From a virus (Duplodnaviria; Caudoviricetes): DNA of 64,000 nt. The stretch lies in IMG/VR virus record IMGVR_UViG_3300016476_001378; one strand, 5' to 3'. The notes beneath the pieces were generated by a model, which saw nothing but the letters and a program-made list of their open reading frames with translations, made no database searches and was not told the origin of the DNA. Of this stretch, positions 46,368 through 55,290 are shown one piece after another. Position numbers and translations under genes: made by a program. Positions within the stretch are counted from its first letter, which is position 1, and every line of letters starts with the position of its first letter.

Positions 46368-47873
46368 TTATTGGGGCCCCATTTTATTTACCTCTTCTAG
46401 AAAGCTTAAAGCTGACCTGATTAAATCATACCTTTCGGTATAAACAGCTTGCTTCATGATGTCAATTGGTGAAATAACTTCGCCACTAAGAACCGCCTTC
46501 AAAATAGAAGGAGAGCAACCAGAAACAAGACAAGTGCCTGTATCATGAATTGTCATAGGAACATTTGCAGCTCCATTAACATTCCAGAAAATAAGATCTG
46601 GCATCTTGTAATTATACTTAGCATAATTCTTTTTGATTTGTTCAAAATTGGTTCTACTATTTGAATTACATGCTTGATCAAATTGCATATCAGAAACGAT
46701 AAAGATCTTTTCTGGCATGTCTTCTGGTGCAACACTATCAGCCTTTGCAGCCTTAAGAATGCTCTTGAATACAGCAACCAAGTTTGTATTATAACCCCAT
46801 TCAGCTTGTTTAAGATTATTGGTCTTATCTACAATTGTGTGACCAATAATGGTTTGCATTTCTGGAGCTTCAGAAAATGTAATAAATTTATTTTTCCATA
46901 CTCCAGAATTTTTCTCAGCTATATAAATTGCCAAAGAAATACTAACATCAATTGGCCTAACATTTCCATTGGCCAACATCATGGATCCAGATGTGTCCGC
47001 TACAACTAAACCTTTGAATGATTTACCTTCCATGTAATCTGGAAGATTCTGCCAAAGAGCTTGAAGAGCAAGTTCTTCTGTTGGATCAACACGGCCATAA
47101 GTTTCCCTTACCTTTTCTACAATTTCATAAGGATAAAGTGCAGAAGCATTAACTTTATTTTCAAGCTTTACAGCTGAAAGCATAAATTGATTATATCTCT
47201 CAAGATCATGTTTCATGAATGACTTGCGATACATCAGGCCAGCCTTGGAAGGGACCTTAGAATAATCAATTTCTGACCAATTATTTGAGCACATTTTATG
47301 CTCTACAAGGTCAATCTTCTTGCGAAGCTTGCTAAGCATTAAGCGGTATTCTTTTTCAGAAAGACCTAAGCGCTTTGCAAATTGTCTTCCAAGAGACTTG
47401 GTCGCTTTTGAAGAAGCATTGATAGACGGCATCCACTTGGCCAAAAGTGATGGATGCTCTGTTTCTGGGTCGTTGTCATGATTCAATTTTGATATAACAA
47501 AATCTACTACACGATTCCAGTCAATACAGCCATCAAGCACGAAGAGATCATCCCAGCGCCCATAAATAGGTACTAAAGGAATAATTGCTTGGCGAATTTC
47601 AAAAGGTGTGTTGAGAAGAAGATGGCGAAATACTTTTCGCTCACCCTGACCGCCACGAATGTCTCTGCTGTTAAACAGGATACGAAGTGCAGTTTCAGGA
47701 TCTTCTTCTAAAGCTCTAAGATAAAGAGCTGTAATGGCATCTGGATCTGTTCTAGATGCAGAAATCTTACCAAATAGATCTACATTAAGATCTAAAGTGG
47801 ATTTATAAGCTTTGGCCCCATTTGTAGTTTCAGTGGAATTAAGTTGTTTTTCCAAAGCATAAATAAAAGACAT
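46368..47873 (-). CDS. DUF2828 family protein (TROVE/Ro60-like helical region plus vWA domain)
   Basis: RDIRGGQGER, YGRWDDL, AKWMPS, VVADTSGSM (MIDAS), SDMQFD, FWNV. Confidence 0.88.
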   Translation of the reverse strand: MSFIYALEKQLNSTETTNGAKAYKSTLDLNVDLFGKISASRTDPDAITALYLRALEEDPETALRILFNSRDIRGGQGERKVFRHLLLNTPFEIRQAIIPLVPIYGRWDDLFVLDGCIDWNRVVDFVISKLNHDNDPETEHPSLLAKWMPSINASSKATKSLGRQFAKRLGLSEKEYRLMLSKLRKKIDLVEHKMCSNNWSEIDYSKVPSKAGLMYRKSFMKHDLERYNQFMLSAVKLENKVNASALYPYEIVEKVRETYGRVDPTEELALQALWQNLPDYMEGKSFKGLVVADTSGSMMLANGNVRPIDVSISLAIYIAEKNSGVWKNKFITFSEAPEMQTIIGHTIVDKTNNLKQAEWGYNTNLVAVFKSILKAAKADSVAPEDMPEKIFIVSDMQFDQACNSNSRTNFEQIKKNYAKYNYKMPDLIFWNVNGAANVPMTIHDTGTCLVSGCSPSILKAVLSGEVISPIDIMKQAVYTERYDLIRSALSFLEEVNKMGPQ

Positions 47874-47889
47874 TTTTGTTTTTCTTTCC

Positions 47890-48115
47890 AAGATGATTTT
47901 TGTTTAAATTTCAAGTTTAAAGTTTTATTTGCTGAATCATCTTTATTTGTTTTGGGTTTTGCTCGTTACTAGATAATTTTTAATTGTCCTTAGTAATTGT
48001 AATCGCTGAATTATCTTGAGCGGGGTGGTGCAGCTTTGCATTAAATTACGAGATGGGTTTTGCTCAGCTGCACCGATCTTTATTTATGTTTTATAAAGAG
48101 TTGCTGAACCATCTC
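47890..48115 (-). ncRNA. Three related hairpin units (AGATRRTT-CAGCRA) upstream of the DUF2828 gene
   Basis: Units 48050-48115, 47971-48016 and 47890-47943 have covarying closing stems, each followed by CAGC(A/G)A. Confidence 0.65.
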
Positions 48116-48261
48116 ACTATTATTATAGTACTAAAATTCTCATTTCAGCACTAAGCAATAATTAATTTCCTTACATTCTTATAGAATAAAGGGGCCTAAT
48201 TTTAAGACAAAAAAAGATGGCTGTATTTCAAGCCATCTTTTAGAAACGGTGCTAAAATTAA

Positions 48262-49170
48262 TTAGCGAACTGGGTTGCCAAACTGGTCAAGAACAGGCAT
48301 TCCACCAGCGGTGTATACAGACTTACCCCACATAAAGTTGTTTGGATTAACAGTCTGCTCAAACTTCATCCACTTTGAGTGGCCGTCAGAGAATGTATAG
48401 GTTGCACCACCTGCATGGCGATCTGGTTGCATGTAAGCAATCTGAAGAGCACCACCAGCGTAACCTGGAGCCTTACATGTAGCCCATGCTTGAGAAGCAA
48501 GCGCAGGTGTGACAGCATAAACAGCTGAAAGGCTAGGAGCAAACTGTGAAGAATCTTCACCCTTCCATGTTCCACCAGAAACACTGGTCATAAAAGCATT
48601 GGTTGATCTATGGCTCTTATTTACATAAGCTCCACCACTTGTTCCAGCATTTGATGTGTCATTGATACAAGCGAGTGTATTTGTCATCTCTGCGATAACA
48701 ATAGTGTCAGCTGGTGCGTCAAGAGCAGCAAGAGTGGTAACATTTGCTGGGTCGATAGAACGACGTTTGCGTGGGAGTACTGCTGCATTTGCAACATAAG
48801 AAATGCGTGGGGCTTGATTATCAAGGCCAGGATTTGTTGGAGGAACACCCTTGTTTGGGTCAGAAGGGCAAACGAACAAAGCAGTGTTCTTTACATAAGG
48901 CTGAATTAAGCCTGACCACTGATTGTAGCCATTAGCGCCATTGAGGTCATTTGCATACCAGTAAGCCTGTGGGTATGTTTCATCGTAGTCTTGTGCATAC
49001 ATGGTGATACCAAGGCCCATTTGCTTGGTGTTTGAAAGGCAGCTTGTTTGGCGAGCCTTGTCACGAGCCTGTGCGAAAACAGGGAAGAGGATAGCGGCAA
49101 GAATTGCAATGATTGCAATGACTACGAGAAGTTCGATGAGTGTAAATGCACTCTTCTTAGAATTGTTCAA
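48262..49170 (-). CDS. Prepilin-type DUF1559 / H-X9-DG protein (copy 2)
   Basis: TTG start at 49170 with AAGGA SD; [15 protein letters not shown]; [13 protein letters not shown]. Confidence 0.95.
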   Translation of the reverse strand: MNNSKKSAFTLIELLVVIAIIAILAAILFPVFAQARDKARQTSCLSNTKQMGLGITMYAQDYDETYPQAYWYANDLNGANGYNQWSGLIQPYVKNTALFVCPSDPNKGVPPTNPGLDNQAPRISYVANAAVLPRKRRSIDPANVTTLAALDAPADTIVIAEMTNTLACINDTSNAGTSGGAYVNKSHRSTNAFMTSVSGGTWKGEDSSQFAPSLSAVYAVTPALASQAWATCKAPGYAGGALQIAYMQPDRHAGGATYTFSDGHSKWMKFEQTVNPNNFMWGKSVYTAGGMPVLDQFGNPVR

Positions 49171-49252
49171 TTTTATTTTCCTTTTGTTTTGATTTAAAAT
49201 CAAATTATTATTGTGTTTATTTGATGAGTTAAGATTAAGTAAAAATTAAATC

Positions 49253-50089
49253 TTAAAGACAAGGGGCCTCTAATGGTGAATCTTGGAATGGAACAGGATA
49301 CCAATTTGCACCCCAAAGAAAATTATTAGGGTCTATAGTTTGCTCAACACGATACCACTTAGCATGACCATCAGCAAAGGTGTAATTGGCACCACCGGAA
49401 TGACGGTCCCATTTGACGCGAATCAATTCTGGCTTCTTGTCACTGGTGGCAGAAAGTCCAGTCACCATGTCACTCATGGTTGTAAGTCTATAAGAATCAC
49501 CAGGGCAGATTTGGCCAGAACCTAAAGTAGAACCACGGGACGTGCTAGTAGCATACAAGCCGCTTACACCCTTCCACTGCCCAATGGTTGCACCGCTATT
49601 TAATTTATTTCGACGCTCGCCAAGAACAATCAAATTTGCAGGAGTTTCAAAAGCAGCTTCTGTAGGTGGCAGCCAGTCATGGGCTGGAATTACATTGTAA
49701 TTATTCACATAAGAGAATTTTGGCACCTGAGCATCACAATTGACACCAATGATAGAGTTGCCTGTACATGGCAACTTTGGTGTCACAGGGGCCGGATCAG
49801 AAGGGCATACAAAGATGCCAACATTCTTAACATAAGGCTGAAGTACCCATGACCAGTGAATTTTTAAAATAGGGTCTTCAGAAGTGGTTTGCATCAATGT
49901 GCCATCGTAGTCTTGCTGATACATGTTAAAAGCAACACCCAACTGCTTCATGTTGGATAAGCAAGATGCGGCTCTAGCTTTATCTCTAGCTTGTGCAAAA
50001 ACAGGGAAAAGGATAGCTGCGAGTATTGCGATGATTGCAATAACTACAAGAAGTTCAATTAGCGTAAAAGCGCTCTTAGAGTTCTTCAA
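49253..50089 (-). CDS. Prepilin-type DUF1559 / H-X9-DG protein (copy 3)
   Basis: TTG start with AGGAGA SD; [15 protein letters not shown]; [13 protein letters not shown]. Confidence 0.95.
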   Translation of the reverse strand: MKNSKSAFTLIELLVVIAIIAILAAILFPVFAQARDKARAASCLSNMKQLGVAFNMYQQDYDGTLMQTTSEDPILKIHWSWVLQPYVKNVGIFVCPSDPAPVTPKLPCTGNSIIGVNCDAQVPKFSYVNNYNVIPAHDWLPPTEAAFETPANLIVLGERRNKLNSGATIGQWKGVSGLYATSTSRGSTLGSGQICPGDSYRLTTMSDMVTGLSATSDKKPELIRVKWDRHSGGANYTFADGHAKWYRVEQTIDPNNFLWGANWYPVPFQDSPLEAPCL

Positions 50090-50201
50090 TTAAATATCTC
50101 CTGGAATTGTAATTTAGTTTTATAATCTATTCCAATACAAATTATTCTATTTTTTATCATTAGAAATGTTAAGAGAAGATTAAATTTAAAGAAAGCTTTT
50201 A

Positions 50202-50456
50202 ATGATGTATAGTGCGAGAGTTATGTTGGTAGTTTCTTTGGGCCTCTTAAATAAAACAGATTACAGCTATTTTAGGAAGATAGATGAACCTGAAATTTAT
50301 TTTGGATTATTAGGAAAGAGGCCCCTTAGTTTTTGGAAAGAAGAATTTAAAGACTTGGGTCTTGTCATGGAAACAGAATTAATCCATGTAATTAATCTTG
50401 TTAAAAGAAATGAGCAAAATGAAGTCTTAATTGGAATAAGACTGGAAGACTATTAG
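50202..50456 (+). CDS. Hypothetical protein
   Basis: 84 aa. Confidence 0.4.
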   Translation: MMYSARVMLVVSLGLLNKTDYSYFRKIDEPEIYFGLLGKRPLSFWKEEFKDLGLVMETELIHVINLVKRNEQNEVLIGIRLEDY

Positions 50457-50460
50457 AACC

Positions 50461-50712
50461 TCAAATTGAGGCTCTAATAATTAATTCTTTAATCTGATTA
50501 TGTAAATCAGGGCTACTGATGAGTCTGTTGTCTACTAGTTTATTAAGAATGTTAAACATTTCTGGGGCTAGAGCAGCAAGTTTTACATTATTAAAATGTA
50601 TTTCTGGATCGTCCACAGCAAAATGATTATATTCAAGAATGGCTACTCCGTCACAATCTAAAACTTGAGAACCATGTTCTGAAAGCAACCAAGGCGAAGG
50701 TGAGATTTTCAT
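50461..50712 (-). CDS. Hypothetical phage protein (SP.PW...N..L.A.APEM)
   Basis: AGGAG SD; common phage motif. Confidence 0.65.
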   Translation of the reverse strand: MKISPSPWLLSEHGSQVLDCDGVAILEYNHFAVDDPEIHFNNVKLAALAPEMFNILNKLVDNRLISSPDLHNQIKELIIRASI

Positions 50713-50745
50713 AATTTTTACTCCTGGTTAATTATCGGATCAAAG

Positions 50746-51336
50746 TTATCTTAAACTGTATGAATGCAGCTTTCCCTTGTAAAACATTATCATTAATTTT
50801 TGTCCTGCTTCCCACAGATAAATGGCAAATCCACTATCTTTGTTTTCGCTGATAACATTTAGCTTTTTCTTTGGGGGCCCCAAAATTGCTACAGTGTCAA
50901 AATAAGACATACCAGCCTTTAATTTATCAGTGATCTTAGGAATGGGCTTATCAACTATAGGTTCGTCTGGCTCAGGTTCTGGATCGGGTTCTGGAGTTGG
51001 CTCAGCCGGGACTGTTTCTTCTTTTTTATCTAAGTTAATAACGCCTGATTTTAAGTTTGTTTTATCTCCGAGAGAAATTATAGCTTTATTATCTGTTCTA
51101 GGCGGAATAGTTCCAAAATACAAACCTGCCACAGAAACTTCGTTGCTTTTATTTTTTGAACCAGGCTTAAAAGTTATAAATAGCATGTAGATAAGCAAAA
51201 CAATAAAAGCGGCCCAAAAAAACTTTATCAAAAAGTTGGTTTTTAATTTTGGGGCAGGGGCTGTAGTGGGTATTACTTCAGCTATATCATCTGCTAATGC
51301 TGACACAAAATTATCTGTAAATTTGTTTGACATCAT
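50746..51336 (-). CDS. Membrane-anchored protein with Pro-rich linker and BLIP/BamE-like C-terminal domain
   Basis: TM helix, PEP repeats, LKAGMSY..TVAILGPP...Y.W. Confidence 0.6.
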   Translation of the reverse strand: MMSNKFTDNFVSALADDIAEVIPTTAPAPKLKTNFLIKFFWAAFIVLLIYMLFITFKPGSKNKSNEVSVAGLYFGTIPPRTDNKAIISLGDKTNLKSGVINLDKKEETVPAEPTPEPDPEPEPDEPIVDKPIPKITDKLKAGMSYFDTVAILGPPKKKLNVISENKDSGFAIYLWEAGQKLMIMFYKGKLHSYSLR

Positions 51337-51403
51337 GGATTTCTTTCATGTGATTTCATTTATTTTTGTACAATCATAATATAACAAAGGAGCTAGATTC
51401 AAA

Positions 51404-52141
51404 ATGAACTTTTCACTTGACACTAAAAAAATAAATTACAAGCCAAGTGTAGTTGTAGCTGTAGCGGGTCATTCCTATACACCTAACTTTGTCTTCAGTT
51501 GGAGTAAATTCACAGTTTCTGTGGCAAATACCCAGAAGATCAACATGACTTACACAAATGCTTATTCGCCAAACATTTACCACTGTAGAAACATTCTGCT
51601 TGGTGGTAACAATCTTGGTGGTACTTATCAGCCACCCTGGGGCGGTAAATTTAATTATGATTACATCATGTTTATTGATACCGACCAAGTCTTTGAGCCA
51701 GAAGATGCCTACCGCTTGATTGATACTATGGAATCCAATCCAAAGATTGATGTTCTTGCTGGTATGTATGTCATGGCTGACAATACTTTGTCTACAGTTA
51801 TTCTTGACTGGGATGAAGAGTTCTTTTCAGAGCATGGACGTTTTGATTTCAAGACACCACGTCAAATGCAGGAACTCGGCAAGGCATCACCAAACGGCTT
51901 GGTAAAGGCTTTCTATGGTGGTCTTGGCTTCTCCATTTTCCGCAAGGGAGTATTTGATAAGTTGGAGTATCCATGGTTTGAGCCTATTACTCACAAGGTT
52001 GGTCGTGGGACAGACCTCATGGGCGAAGATGTTTCGCTATTCTGGAAGCTTAATCAAAAGGGCGTAGATTTCTGGGTAGATCCATTTATCTACGTTGGAC
52101 ATGAGAAGCATCAGATTCTCAAGCCACCAGCTCTCGTTTAA
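51404..52141 (+). CDS. GT-A fold glycosyltransferase-like protein
   Basis: RN, DYIMFIDTD, G.GF..FRKGVF.KL.YPWF, GED..F, VGHEK. Confidence 0.8.
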   Translation: MNFSLDTKKINYKPSVVVAVAGHSYTPNFVFSWSKFTVSVANTQKINMTYTNAYSPNIYHCRNILLGGNNLGGTYQPPWGGKFNYDYIMFIDTDQVFEPEDAYRLIDTMESNPKIDVLAGMYVMADNTLSTVILDWDEEFFSEHGRFDFKTPRQMQELGKASPNGLVKAFYGGLGFSIFRKGVFDKLEYPWFEPITHKVGRGTDLMGEDVSLFWKLNQKGVDFWVDPFIYVGHEKHQILKPPALV

Positions 52142-52172
52142 TCGAAGAAAATAAAACCGCCTTTCGGCGGTT

Positions 52173-52304
52173 TTATTTTTTATGTGAATCAAAGCATTTT
52201 TCAGCTTCAGATTTAAGCAAGTATTGCTTGCCACACTCTTTACAAGCGTAATTCATCACCTGGAGCCAACCCATGCTGTTCTTCTGTACTGTTTTTGTTT
52301 CCAT
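52173..52304 (-). CDS. Small zinc-finger-like protein (43 aa, not in ORF track)
   Basis: YACKECGKQY....EAEKCFDSH. Confidence 0.55.
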   Translation of the reverse strand: METKTVQKNSMGWLQVMNYACKECGKQYLLKSEAEKCFDSHKK

Positions 52305-52321
52305 GATAACTAATTATACAG

Positions 52322-52352
52322 AAAGCCCCCTTAAATTAATAAGGGGGCTTTT
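52322..52352. terminator. Intrinsic terminator
   Basis: AAAGCCCCCTTA-AATTAA-TAAGGGGGCTTT. Confidence 0.7.
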
Positions 52353-52379
52353 ATTTCTGAAGCCTGCGCGACTTCACTC

Positions 52380-52533
52380 AACCAACCGTTTCAACACCCT
52401 CCTCAAGGCCCCATCTCTCCTTGATAGCAAGCGAAATAGCTTAAAATACTTGCCTTAGAGTTTGTTAAAATAACCTCGGTGTAATAAGGAGTCTCGCAAT
52501 AAGAGGGTGGCAAGACTCAACCGACAATTGGTT
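52380..52533 (-). ncRNA. Candidate pseudoknotted multi-stem RNA
   Basis: Closing stem AACCAATTG/CGGTTGGTT; hairpin GAGTCTTGC/GCGAGACTC whose loop CACCCTCTT pairs with distal AGGAGGGTG; G-U pairs valid only on the minus strand. Confidence 0.6.
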
Positions 52534-52597
52534 CTTTCTGTTTGCTATTGTACTCATTCAAGAATATTACAAGTTTTTTTGAAAAAACCTGCTTATC

Positions 52598-53200
52598 TTA
52601 CTCGCTAATTTTTCTTTCAGGTGGAGTAACGATATTATCAATGACTCCATAAGCTTTAGCTTCTGTAGCACTCATCCAATAATCTCTCTCACAGTCTCTT
52701 TTGACTTTCTTTTTATCTTGCTTTGTATGCTTCGACAGAATGTCTAAAAGTTGGTCATAGAGCTTGTTTGTTTCTGCAACTTGAATGTTGATGTCTGCAG
52801 CAGTGCCTTGGAATCCACTAGAAACTTGGTGAATCATGACTCTTGAATGCTGTAGGCAGCTCCTTGTTCCAGTGCCTCCAGCGAGTAGAACAGCTCCCAT
52901 AGATGCCGCAGATGCAAGGCAGGTTGTATTTACAGGAGAATCCATGAGTTGCATGACATCGTAGATGCCAAGTCCAGCACTAACACTACCTCCAGGACTA
53001 TTGATATAGAATTCAATTGGGAGACCCTTGGAACCCTTATCATGGTCAAGAAATAGGAATTGGGCGATGATCACACCTGCGGTCTGATCATTTACTTCAT
53101 CGTTAAGAATAACGATTCTGTCTTTAAGCAAACGGGAGAAGAGGTCATAAGAACGCTCTCCTCCCAATGGTGATTGTTCAACAACGTATGGTATTAACAT
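52598..53200 (-). CDS. clpP: ATP-dependent Clp protease proteolytic subunit
   Basis: YDLFSRLLKDRI, YINSPGGSV, AASMG (Ser), MIHQ (His), RDYWMSA.EA..YG.ID. Confidence 0.96.
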   Translation of the reverse strand: MLIPYVVEQSPLGGERSYDLFSRLLKDRIVILNDEVNDQTAGVIIAQFLFLDHDKGSKGLPIEFYINSPGGSVSAGLGIYDVMQLMDSPVNTTCLASAASMGAVLLAGGTGTRSCLQHSRVMIHQVSSGFQGTAADINIQVAETNKLYDQLLDILSKHTKQDKKKVKRDCERDYWMSATEAKAYGVIDNIVTPPERKISE

Positions 53201-53206
53201 ACCATA

Positions 53207-53503
53207 TTATTGTTGATTAATTTGGTTTTCCGCAATGAAATTTTCTAAATTAGATTTAGCTGTGTTTAAATTTTCCATCATGCTAGAAACTTCAGGCATG
53301 TCAGGCTTCATCTGCAGAATGTTTAAATTCAATTCAACAGCCCTCTTTAAATTTATGGCAGCGTCTATACCACCTTGAGGGTTGGAAAGAAATTTATTAA
53401 CTGCATCCAGAGTTTGAGTAAAATCTTTAATAGAATCCGCTTCTGCGTATCTTTGATTTTTCTCAAGCGCTGAAATAACTTTTGACAATTTAATTAAACT
53501 CAT
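53207..53503 (-). CDS. Hypothetical protein with N-terminal helical tag
   Basis: LIKLSKVISALEKNQRYAEADSI. Confidence 0.6.
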   Translation of the reverse strand: MSLIKLSKVISALEKNQRYAEADSIKDFTQTLDAVNKFLSNPQGGIDAAINLKRAVELNLNILQMKPDMPEVSSMMENLNTAKSNLENFIAENQINQQ

Positions 53504-53505
53504 AA

Positions 53506-54633
53506 TTAACCCTTGACCCAGAATTCAATAACATTATTGTCTATACCATAAGTATCTGCAATAGTTACACTTATTATACTGGTAAATGTTGATGCACCTG
53601 TAGATGTAATGTCAAAAAGTGTATCTTGCAATGTGTCAACTGGCATAGAGATAGTAGAAGAATAAGTTGTTCCATCAGCTCTACCTAAGACCAAAGTTAC
53701 AGGGAAAGTGGTAATGCCAGAAGGCATAGAGCCAGATGTAACATCAAATTTGTTCTTCATTACTAAAGCAGAATTTAATGAGATGGTCTTGTCTGCTACA
53801 AAAGAGCCCCATGCTCCAGAGGTTTTAGTAACAGAACCTAATTTGACAACTAATTCTTCATTCATAGATGAACGCCAAAGTGTTCTAAAGTTTTCTGACC
53901 ATACTGTGCTTACCAATGCATAAGCATCTTTAAAATAGGTTTTGAAACTTGCTCCGTACTGGGCGCTATAAAATGTATTCAAACCACTACAAACACTACC
54001 AAAGCTTGAATTTAATGTAATAGGAAGATTGATTTCAAGAGCTCTAGCTGTATTAATAAGAGTTTTAGCATTGTCAAATTCAGATTCAGTTTTCAAATCA
54101 TCAAAGCCTTTTCTAAATTCCTTAAGAAGGAATGAAGAAGTAGAACCTGATGGATACTCGCTAAATACGAGAGGTGTACTGCCAAGAGTTGGGTTTCCAC
54201 CTGACTGCAAGAAGAATACTTTATTCTCATTGACGGAACCCGACATTACTCTGACCTTAGAGAAATCTAAAATCTCAGAAGATGTGTCAAAATCAGATGC
54301 TCTTGTCAAAACATAAGGTGTGATAGTTGTAAGGATGTAGATGCCATTTTCATAACCATTGCTTTGATTCTTGACAAGAATTCTCTTACCAATGTCGAGT
54401 GACTGATTTAAAATGATGGTATCAACTGTTAAGTAACTTGCGCCAGTGATTGTTTTTGCACTGTTGTTATAAGTGCCTGTAAGCGCAGCGGTAGTAGCAA
54501 GTACAACGTCGTCAAGGTCGTATGTTGTAACATCTTCTGTCTGTGAGCGCAAAAGATTGTCAGCATCGCCAAGATAAGTTGTTAATGTGATGATTTGATT
54601 AAGATCTGCAGCAGAAGCATTACTGAATGACAT
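53506..54633 (-). CDS. Probable virion structural / tail-fibre-related protein
   Basis: V..ATTA.L ... RILVKNQS...ENGIY......LTRASDFD module; Ser/Thr-rich. Confidence 0.7.
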   Translation of the reverse strand: MSFSNASAADLNQIITLTTYLGDADNLLRSQTEDVTTYDLDDVVLATTAALTGTYNNSAKTITGASYLTVDTIILNQSLDIGKRILVKNQSNGYENGIYILTTITPYVLTRASDFDTSSEILDFSKVRVMSGSVNENKVFFLQSGGNPTLGSTPLVFSEYPSGSTSSFLLKEFRKGFDDLKTESEFDNAKTLINTARALEINLPITLNSSFGSVCSGLNTFYSAQYGASFKTYFKDAYALVSTVWSENFRTLWRSSMNEELVVKLGSVTKTSGAWGSFVADKTISLNSALVMKNKFDVTSGSMPSGITTFPVTLVLGRADGTTYSSTISMPVDTLQDTLFDITSTGASTFTSIISVTIADTYGIDNNVIEFWVKG

Positions 54634-54738
54634 ATTTTTAAACTCCGAAAGTTTCTCTTAGTTATTAGATTATAAGAATTGTTATTTTTTACCTACAAAA
54701 TAAAAGGGGGCCCCTTTTTAAATAGAGGTCCCCTTTTA

Positions 54739-55290
54739 TTAATTAAATTTGCTTTTTAAATCATTTAGCGCGTCAGGTGGAACTCCTGACAAACTAACAT
54801 TTGTTATTCTTCCATCTGGAGCCTTTAAAACAAGATTATTCTCTGTGAGAGAATCTACCATAAGATAAGGTATGTTCTCATCATTTGTGGGAATTAAAGC
54901 GCCAGGTGAAACATAATTATGCAAAACCTTATCGCCCATGCGAGTTTCCAACACTGCACTAACAGTTCCATTAAACATAATTCCAGTTAGGCCATAATTA
55001 AAGCTTGGCAAGGGAATCTCTGCTTGTTGTCGGGGAGTTAATTTAGTTTCTGGAAAAGTAACCGAACTTCTTTTGGCTGAAATTTCAGTTAATTCTAGTT
55101 TGGGCTTTGCTTCAAAAGGATCGCTGCGCCAATCTTTTGCTTCTACCCTTAATGGTTCGAAAGCTTTTTTGCTCGGTTGAACTACTTGCGGGTCTGATGT
55201 AGTGGTTACTACAGGTGGATTATAAAAACAGCCACCTAGAAGAAATAAGAAGAGCGTAGCGTATTTTTTAAAAATTTCGCCCGCCACCAA
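54739..55290 (-). CDS. PilP/GspC-like lipoprotein
   Basis: Lipobox-like LLGGC; RSDPF; LTGIM.....SAVLE; start uncertain. Confidence 0.55.
   Translation of the reverse strand: MVAGEIFKKYATLFLFLLGGCFYNPPVVTTTSDPQVVQPSKKAFEPLRVEAKDWRSDPFEAKPKLELTEISAKRSSVTFPETKLTPRQQAEIPLPSFNYGLTGIMFNGTVSAVLETRMGDKVLHNYVSPGALIPTNDENIPYLMVDSLTENNLVLKAPDGRITNVSLSGVPPDALNDLKSKFN

Noticed and set aside
47890-48115. Mini-CRISPR or tRNA remnants
   Set aside because: Each unit is closed by its own inverted repeat rather than by direct repeats, and there are no T- or D-loop motifs.
44786-50089. Diversity-generating retroelement or shufflon acting on the prepilins
   Set aside because: No reverse transcriptase, template/variable repeat pair or invertase; the paralogs differ at synonymous sites even in the conserved helix.
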